A stretch of 64,000 nt of DNA from a bacterium. GTDB lineage: Bacteria; Patescibacteriota; Patescibacteriia; UBA1558; UBA10009. Numbering within the stretch: position 1 is the stretch's first letter; every line of letters starts with the position of its first letter. The notes under the pieces are model-generated. The model worked only from the letters and a program-made list of their open reading frames with translations. It was not told where the DNA came from and did no database searches. Shown here in pieces: positions 58,481 to 64,000 of this stretch. The position numbers and the translations under genes are program-made. The stretch spans positions 432,679-496,678 of the forward strand of contig JABHGM010000001.1 of the NCBI GenBank assembly GCA_018672055.1, written 5' to 3'.

Positions 58481-59968
58481 ATGTGTGGTATCGTTGGTAT
58501 AATAGGAAATCAAGATGTAGGCATAGAAGTCTATGAGAGTTTGATTTGTCTGCAACATAGAGGGCAAGATAGTGCTGGTATTTCTACATATAATAAACAG
58601 TTTCATCTTAAAAAAGGTTTAGGTTTGGTGAGAGACGTTTTTGATCAAGAAGATATGGATAGACTTAAAGGTAATATTGGTATTGGTCAATTACGTTATC
58701 CAACAGTAGGTGGTAATGGCATTGAAGATTCACAACCCTTTATATTACATCAACCTTATGGTATTTCTATGGTGCATAATGGTAATGTATATAATTTTCA
58801 TGATTTAAAAAAAGAATTATTTGAAAAGAATCAAAGACATATTAATTCTAATTGTGATTTAGAAGTAATTTTACATGTTTTTGCTCATGAAATGAGCAAG
58901 TATTGTCATAAAGATTTTTTTGATTCAATTTGTAAAGCAGTTGAAGCAGTTCATAAAAGAGTAAAAGGTGGTTATTCAGTAATAGCTGTTATAGCTGGAA
59001 AAGGTATCGTTGCTTTTCGTGATCCTCATGGTATTAGACCTCTTATTTGGGGTAAGCGTGATTTAAGTTTTAAAGAAGAACATATTTTTGCTTCTGAAGG
59101 AACTATGCTTAAGATAATGAACTTTGAATTCCATAGAGATGTAGAACCAGGTGAAGTTGTTTTTGTAGATTTAAATGGTGAAGTTAAGTCTAAGCGAGTA
59201 ACTGAGAAAGAATTTAGACCTTGTATTTTTGAATATGTATATTTTGCTCGTCCTGATTCTGTTTTAAATAAAGTTAGTGTTTATAGAGCACGTCTTAGAA
59301 TGGGTCAAAACTTAGCTAAGAAAATAAAGAAACTTCATCCAGATTTAGATGTAGACATAGTAGTACCAGCTCCTGAATCAGCAGCTACAGCTGCCTTATC
59401 TTGTGCTCATGAATTACGTGTTAGATACACTCAAGCACTCGTTAAAAATCATTTCATTGGACGTACCTTTATTATGCCAGGTCAGAAAGTAAGAAGAAGA
59501 GCTAATCAATTTAAATTATCTCCTTTAATTCATGAAATAAAAGGTAAAAATATTTTAATTGTTGATGATAGTATTGTTCGTGGTAATGTGTCTAGACATA
59601 TAGTTAAGTTATTGAAAGATTCTGGAGCTAAGAAGGTATATTTTGCTTCAGCTTCACCACCACTTAGATATCCTGATTTATTTGGTATTGATTTACCAAC
59701 TTCTGATGAATATATTGCTTTTAATAAGACAGAAGAAGAAATACGTCAATCTATTGGTGCTGATATTTTAATATATCAAGATATTGAAGATTTAGTTGAA
59801 GCTGTAACTAGAAGAGGTGATTTAGATTTTACTAGACCTCATACAGCATATTTTAATGGTGATTATCCAGTTGAAGGAATAACTCCTGAGGTTTTAGCAG
59901 ATATTGAAAAGCAAAGAAAAGAAGAAAGAGCTAGTCATGGAAATATTAAGTCAAATAAATTATTATGA
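58481..59968 (+). CDS. purF: Amidophosphoribosyltransferase
   Basis: MCGIVGI with the N-terminal Cys nucleophile; PRTase motif ILIVDDSIVRGN. Confidence 0.9.
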   Translation: MCGIVGIIGNQDVGIEVYESLICLQHRGQDSAGISTYNKQFHLKKGLGLVRDVFDQEDMDRLKGNIGIGQLRYPTVGGNGIEDSQPFILHQPYGISMVHNGNVYNFHDLKKELFEKNQRHINSNCDLEVILHVFAHEMSKYCHKDFFDSICKAVEAVHKRVKGGYSVIAVIAGKGIVAFRDPHGIRPLIWGKRDLSFKEEHIFASEGTMLKIMNFEFHRDVEPGEVVFVDLNGEVKSKRVTEKEFRPCIFEYVYFARPDSVLNKVSVYRARLRMGQNLAKKIKKLHPDLDVDIVVPAPESAATAALSCAHELRVRYTQALVKNHFIGRTFIMPGQKVRRRANQFKLSPLIHEIKGKNILIVDDSIVRGNVSRHIVKLLKDSGAKKVYFASASPPLRYPDLFGIDLPTSDEYIAFNKTEEEIRQSIGADILIYQDIEDLVEAVTRRGDLDFTRPHTAYFNGDYPVEGITPEVLADIEKQRKEERASHGNIKSNKLL

Positions 59969-61275
59969 AAATACTTTTAGTCGGTAATGGAGCTAGAGAA
60001 CATATTATAGCTCAAAAATTAAAAGATTCACCTCAAAGTATTGAGCTTTTTTGTTTTGCCTCAAGTAATAATCCAGGGATAATTAATTTAGCACAGGGTT
60101 ACAAGGTGGGTGATTTTAGTAATGAGAATATAATAAGTTATGCTAAAGAAAATAATGTTGATTTTGTATTCGTGGGCCCTGAATCTCCTTTAGAAAAAGG
60201 TTTAGTAGATGATTTAGAGAAAGTTAATATTAAATCTGTAGGACCATATATGGAGCTGGCTCAACTTGAAACTTCTAAATCTTTTGCACGTCAATTATTC
60301 AAAGAATATAATATACCTGTTAATCCAGAATTTAAGATTTTTGAATCAATGGATGGTGTTGAAGAATGGTTACTTTACTTAGAAGAGAATTTTGTTATTA
60401 AACCTGATGGTTTAACAGGCGGTAAGGGAGTACAAGTATCAGGTGATCATTTTCAAACTATGAACGAAGGCATGGCTTTAATTAGTAAATTAATTGAAAA
60501 CGGAACTAGAGTAATAATTGAAGAAAAATTAATTGGTCAGGAATTTAGTTTAATGAGTTTCTCTGATGGTGAACATTTAGTACATATGCCATGTGCTCAA
60601 GATAATAAAAGAGCTTTAGCAGGGGATACTGGGCCTAATACTGGTGGTATGGGCTCATATTCATTTTCTGATGGCTCTATGCCTTTTATATCAGATAAAG
60701 AGTTAAAAGATGGACAAGAGATTAATTTAAAAGTAATGAAAGCTTTAAAAGAAAAGACTGGTAAACCATACAGAGGCATATTATATGGTAATTTTATAGC
60801 AACTAAAAAAGGTTTAAAAATAATTGAATATAATGCAAGACTTGGTGATCCTGAAGCTATGAATGTATTAAGTGTTTTTAAATCAGATTTTGTTGAAGTA
60901 TGTCTTGGTATTATAGAAGGTAATTTAAATGAAAAAAAAGTTGAATTTGAGAATAAAGCTACTGTATGTAAATATGCTGTACCACAAGGTTATCCAGAAG
61001 ATCCTATCAAAGATGAAACTATAAATGTAGATTCTATTGATACTAGCAAAGTTGATATATATTATGCAGCAGTTGATAAAAGAGAAGACGGAATTTATTT
61101 AACTGGTTCACGTGCTGTAGCTATAGTTGCTAAGCATGAAGATATATATGAAGCTGAAAGATTGGCAGAAGAAGAAATAAATAATATAATTGGTCCAGTT
61201 ATACATAGAGAAGATATAGGTAAGAAGAAGCTTATTGAAAAGCGTATAGAGATGATGAATAAATTAAAAGAATAG
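59965..61275 (+). CDS. purD: Phosphoribosylamine-glycine ligase
   Basis: ATP-grasp with GAR synthetase N, A and C domains. Confidence 0.9.
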   Translation: MKILLVGNGAREHIIAQKLKDSPQSIELFCFASSNNPGIINLAQGYKVGDFSNENIISYAKENNVDFVFVGPESPLEKGLVDDLEKVNIKSVGPYMELAQLETSKSFARQLFKEYNIPVNPEFKIFESMDGVEEWLLYLEENFVIKPDGLTGGKGVQVSGDHFQTMNEGMALISKLIENGTRVIIEEKLIGQEFSLMSFSDGEHLVHMPCAQDNKRALAGDTGPNTGGMGSYSFSDGSMPFISDKELKDGQEINLKVMKALKEKTGKPYRGILYGNFIATKKGLKIIEYNARLGDPEAMNVLSVFKSDFVEVCLGIIEGNLNEKKVEFENKATVCKYAVPQGYPEDPIKDETINVDSIDTSKVDIYYAAVDKREDGIYLTGSRAVAIVAKHEDIYEAERLAEEEINNIIGPVIHREDIGKKKLIEKRIEMMNKLKE

Positions 61276-61278
61276 ATT

Positions 61279-61854
61279 ATGAATTTAGCTGTATTTGTTT
61301 CAACAAATGGTACTGATTTACAAGTAATAATAGATGCATTAAAGAACAATTCTTTAAAAGATGTTGATCTTAAATTTGTTTTATCTAATAAAGAAGATTG
61401 TTTTGGATTACAAAGAGCTAAAGAAGCTGGTTTTAAAACTATATATATAAATGGTAAAGATAAGACACGTGAAGAATATGATCTTGAATGTTTAAATGTA
61501 TGCCAGGAGCATAATATTGATCTTATTGTTTTAATAGGTTATATGAGAATAATGAGTAAAGTAATAGTTGATCCATATAAAGAAAGAATAATGAATATAC
61601 ATCCTTCATTATTACCTAAATATCCTGGTATGGATTTGGATGTTCACGCTGAAGTATTATCAAATAATGAAAAAAAATCAGGTTGTACATTACATTGGGT
61701 TACCCTTAATTTAGATGATGGTCCTATTATACTTCAAGAAGAAGTATTAATTGAACCTAATGAAACTATTGAAACGTTGAAAGAGAAGGTTCAATTAAAA
61801 GAGCAAGAAGTTATTTTAAAAGGTATTGAATTATTTAGAGATGGTAAATTGTAA
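61279..61854 (+). CDS. purN: GAR transformylase
   Basis: Formyltransferase motif NIHPSLLPKYPG. Confidence 0.85.
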   Translation: MNLAVFVSTNGTDLQVIIDALKNNSLKDVDLKFVLSNKEDCFGLQRAKEAGFKTIYINGKDKTREEYDLECLNVCQEHNIDLIVLIGYMRIMSKVIVDPYKERIMNIHPSLLPKYPGMDLDVHAEVLSNNEKKSGCTLHWVTLNLDDGPIILQEEVLIEPNETIETLKEKVQLKEQEVILKGIELFRDGKL

Positions 61855-61860
61855 ATAAAA

Positions 61861-61892
61861 AAAGGACCTCGTTTGAGATCCTTATAATTTTT
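61861..61892. terminator. Terminator-like hairpin after purN
   Basis: aaggacctc/gagatcctt stem with one mismatch, followed by a T6 run. Confidence 0.45.
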
Positions 61893-62104
61893 TATTCCAA
61901 TCAATAAGTTCTAATTTATTGTAAGGAACAGGTTTCTTATGATTTGGATATCCGGGATGATCAATTATAACTGCACCATTATCTAGTTTAACTACAGTTA
62001 TACCAAGTTTACTACAAAGCGAATTACCACTTCCGAGAAATCCTCTTTTTATTATTTCCATAACTTTCCTCCATTTTTTTTAATCTTAAATTAATATATA
62101 AAAT

Positions 62105-63628
62105 ATGTCAAATATGAAGAGAGCTTTAATTAGCGTATATGATAAGACAGGAATAGTAGAGTTTAGTAAAGAGCTCGTACTTTCAGGTTGGGAAATTATC
62201 TCTACTGGTGGTACATATAAGTTACTTAAAGAGAATAATATATCTAATTTAAAAGAAGTTAGTGAAGTAACTAATTTTCCTGAAATAATGAATGGTCGTG
62301 TTAAAACCCTAGATCCACATATTTATGGAGGATTACTTGCTGTTCGAAATAATAATGATCATTTAAAACAAGCTAAAGAGAATAATATTAATATGATAGA
62401 TATGGTAGTAGTTAATTTGTATCCCTTTGAAGAAACACTTAAAAAGAAGAATGTAACTCATGAAGAAATAATTGAAAATATTGATATTGGAGGACCTACT
62501 ATGATTAGAGCTGCTGCCAAGAATTATGAGTCAGTTTATGTTGTAACTGATTTGAAAGATTATAATGAGGTAATACGTCAGTTAGGCGTAGATAATAGTG
62601 ATTTTAGAAAGAAATTAGCTGAAAAAGCATTTAAATTAACCTCAGAATATGACTTCAACATTAATAATTACTTTAGTAGTAATAAGCGCATTAACTGGCA
62701 GTTTGAAAAGCTAGATGATTTAAGGTATGGTGAAAATCCATATCAAAAAGCTACATTTTTTAAAGAAGTTGGTTTGTATCCAGAATTTCCATCTATTGTT
62801 AATACTGAAGTTTTGCATGGTAAACAGCTATCATATAATAATATAATGGATGCTGATGCTGCATTGGCTTTAATTCAAGAGTTTGATATGCCAGCAGCAG
62901 CTGTTTTAAAGCATGCTAACCCTTGTGGTGTGGCTCAAGACAAGGATATTACTAAAGCTTTTAAAAAAGCATATTTAGCTGATTCTAAATCTGCTTTTGG
63001 TGGAGTTATTATATTAAACAAAGAATGTAGTTCTAAAATAGCAGAAGAGATAAATAAAGTATTTGCTGAAATTGTTATGGCTCCTAGTTTTGAAAAAGAA
63101 GCTTTGAATATTTTAAAAAGTAAAAAGAATTTAAGAATTTTAAAGATAAAGAGTTTAGATAATTTAAAAGATAGTAAGCTTAAAGATTATCGTAAGGTTG
63201 TTGGCGGTTTACTTGTACAAGATTATAATAATTACAAGATAGATCAGAAAGATTTAAAAATAGTTACAGATGTTAAACCTGATAATTTAGATGATCTCAT
63301 ATTTGGCTATAGGGTTGTAAAACATATTAAATCTAATGCAATTTGTTTAGTAAAAGATGGAGTTACTTTAGGAATTGGTGCTGGACAGATGTCTAGAGTT
63401 GATGCTGTTGAAATAGCTATGTCTAAAGCTGGTTCTAAAGCAAAGGGTTCTGCTCTTGCTTCTGATGCTTTTTTCCCTTTCAGAGACAGTATAGACAAAC
63501 TAGCTGAATTTGGTGTAAAATCTATTATACAGCCTGGGGGTTCGATAAAAGATGATGAAATTATTGAGGCTGCTAATGAACATAAAATAAGTATGGTATT
63601 TACCCAAAATAGGGTATTTAAACACTAA
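62105..63628 (+). CDS. purH: Bifunctional AICAR transformylase / IMP cyclohydrolase
   Basis: MGS-like N-domain (SVYDKTGIVEF) and an AICARFT C-domain. Confidence 0.9.
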   Translation: MSNMKRALISVYDKTGIVEFSKELVLSGWEIISTGGTYKLLKENNISNLKEVSEVTNFPEIMNGRVKTLDPHIYGGLLAVRNNNDHLKQAKENNINMIDMVVVNLYPFEETLKKKNVTHEEIIENIDIGGPTMIRAAAKNYESVYVVTDLKDYNEVIRQLGVDNSDFRKKLAEKAFKLTSEYDFNINNYFSSNKRINWQFEKLDDLRYGENPYQKATFFKEVGLYPEFPSIVNTEVLHGKQLSYNNIMDADAALALIQEFDMPAAAVLKHANPCGVAQDKDITKAFKKAYLADSKSAFGGVIILNKECSSKIAEEINKVFAEIVMAPSFEKEALNILKSKKNLRILKIKSLDNLKDSKLKDYRKVVGGLLVQDYNNYKIDQKDLKIVTDVKPDNLDDLIFGYRVVKHIKSNAICLVKDGVTLGIGAGQMSRVDAVEIAMSKAGSKAKGSALASDAFFPFRDSIDKLAEFGVKSIIQPGGSIKDDEIIEAANEHKISMVFTQNRVFKH

Positions 63629-63629
63629 T

Positions 63630-64000
63630 ATGAAGAAATATTCATTAATATTACTAATCTTAGTAGTTCCGCTCATAATAAGCGGATGTTTTGGATTTGG
63701 GGATAACTCTAATAATGAGGAAGAAAAACCTGAATATATTATCTATCGTAATGGAACATTAGGTGAAGCTGATTTTATGGTTAAGTATAATAGTGAATGG
63801 AAATTAGAAGAAATAGTATCTACAAGACTTGCTAGTTCAACTGATGAAATAGTATTTAAAGTAGGTTTAAATCATAAAATAAGTTTAAATATATATAATG
63901 ATATAGATGCTGATACATTTTTAGAAAGCTATACATTCGAAGAAATAACTCAAACAGAAGTGAGTAGATTTATTGGTAAAAGAATTATAGGTTATATAGA
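63630..64000 (+). CDS. Lipoprotein, hypothetical; the 3' end lies beyond the window
   Basis: ATG 1 nt after the purH stop. Signal peptide with lipobox IISGC. The frame is open to the window end. Confidence 0.45.
   Translation, partial: MKKYSLILLILVVPLIISGCFGFGDNSNNEEEKPEYIIYRNGTLGEADFMVKYNSEWKLEEIVSTRLASSTDEIVFKVGLNHKISLNIYNDIDADTFLESYTFEEITQTEVSRFIGKRIIGYI

Overview
This is an AT-rich (roughly 30% GC by eye), very gene-dense bacterial chromosomal segment that reads cleanly with the standard genetic code: TAA-dominant stops, no in-frame TGA needed, and three tRNAs with canonical structure. It looks like core genome, not a plasmid or prophage.

Gene content, left to right:
- Informational and housekeeping genes: the 3' end of secY, then adk-map, ruvX, an MraY/WecA-like sugar-phosphate transferase, rplU, recR, ybaB, dnaB and tRNA-Lys(UUU).
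- Metabolic and transport genes: a P2-type cation ATPase, PEP synthase and a UbiA-family prenyltransferase.
- The classical tRNA-Ser / dnaG-rpoD / tRNA-Asn block, where rpoD has an unusual basic repeat N-terminus, followed by rlmN, a Nudix gene and a DUF4349 gene.
- A chemotaxis operon, cheY-cheB-cheA-cheC-cheD, followed by three tandem single-domain receiver genes. No cheW, cheR or MCP gene is present in the window.
- Purine salvage and small-molecule genes: apt-mtnP, a ZIP transporter, a LOG-family gene, hup and a YhhQ-type queuosine-precursor transporter.
- A five-gene operon encoding a Thr/Ser/Gly-rich surface protein of about 1,935 codons, with a duplicated glycine-rich module and at least seven Fn3-like domains, followed by a MacB/FtsX-type ABC exporter. 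The giant gene is split by a single in-frame TAA.
- A roughly 21-kb purine supercluster: guaB, guaA, folD, purA, purL, purM, a purQ-purS fusion, purC, purE (class II signature, no purK), purB, purF, purD, purN and purH. It is interrupted by lineage-specific inserts.

Most housekeeping genes have no Shine-Dalgarno sequence. The small exported or hypothetical insert genes carry strong AGGAGG sites.

The most unusual loci:
- The surface-protein/ABC operon at 31.4-40.4 kb.
- A 397-aa orphan gene at 44.9-46.1 kb, bracketed by a 16-bp perfect inverted repeat and a terminator.
- An 840-bp ORF-free, highly structured region inserted between secY and adk.
- The basic KAKP-repeat N-terminus of RpoD.
- The tandem receiver array.

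No CRISPR array, rRNA, transposase or integrase was recognised. All coordinates and motifs were read by eye, and no database searches were possible.
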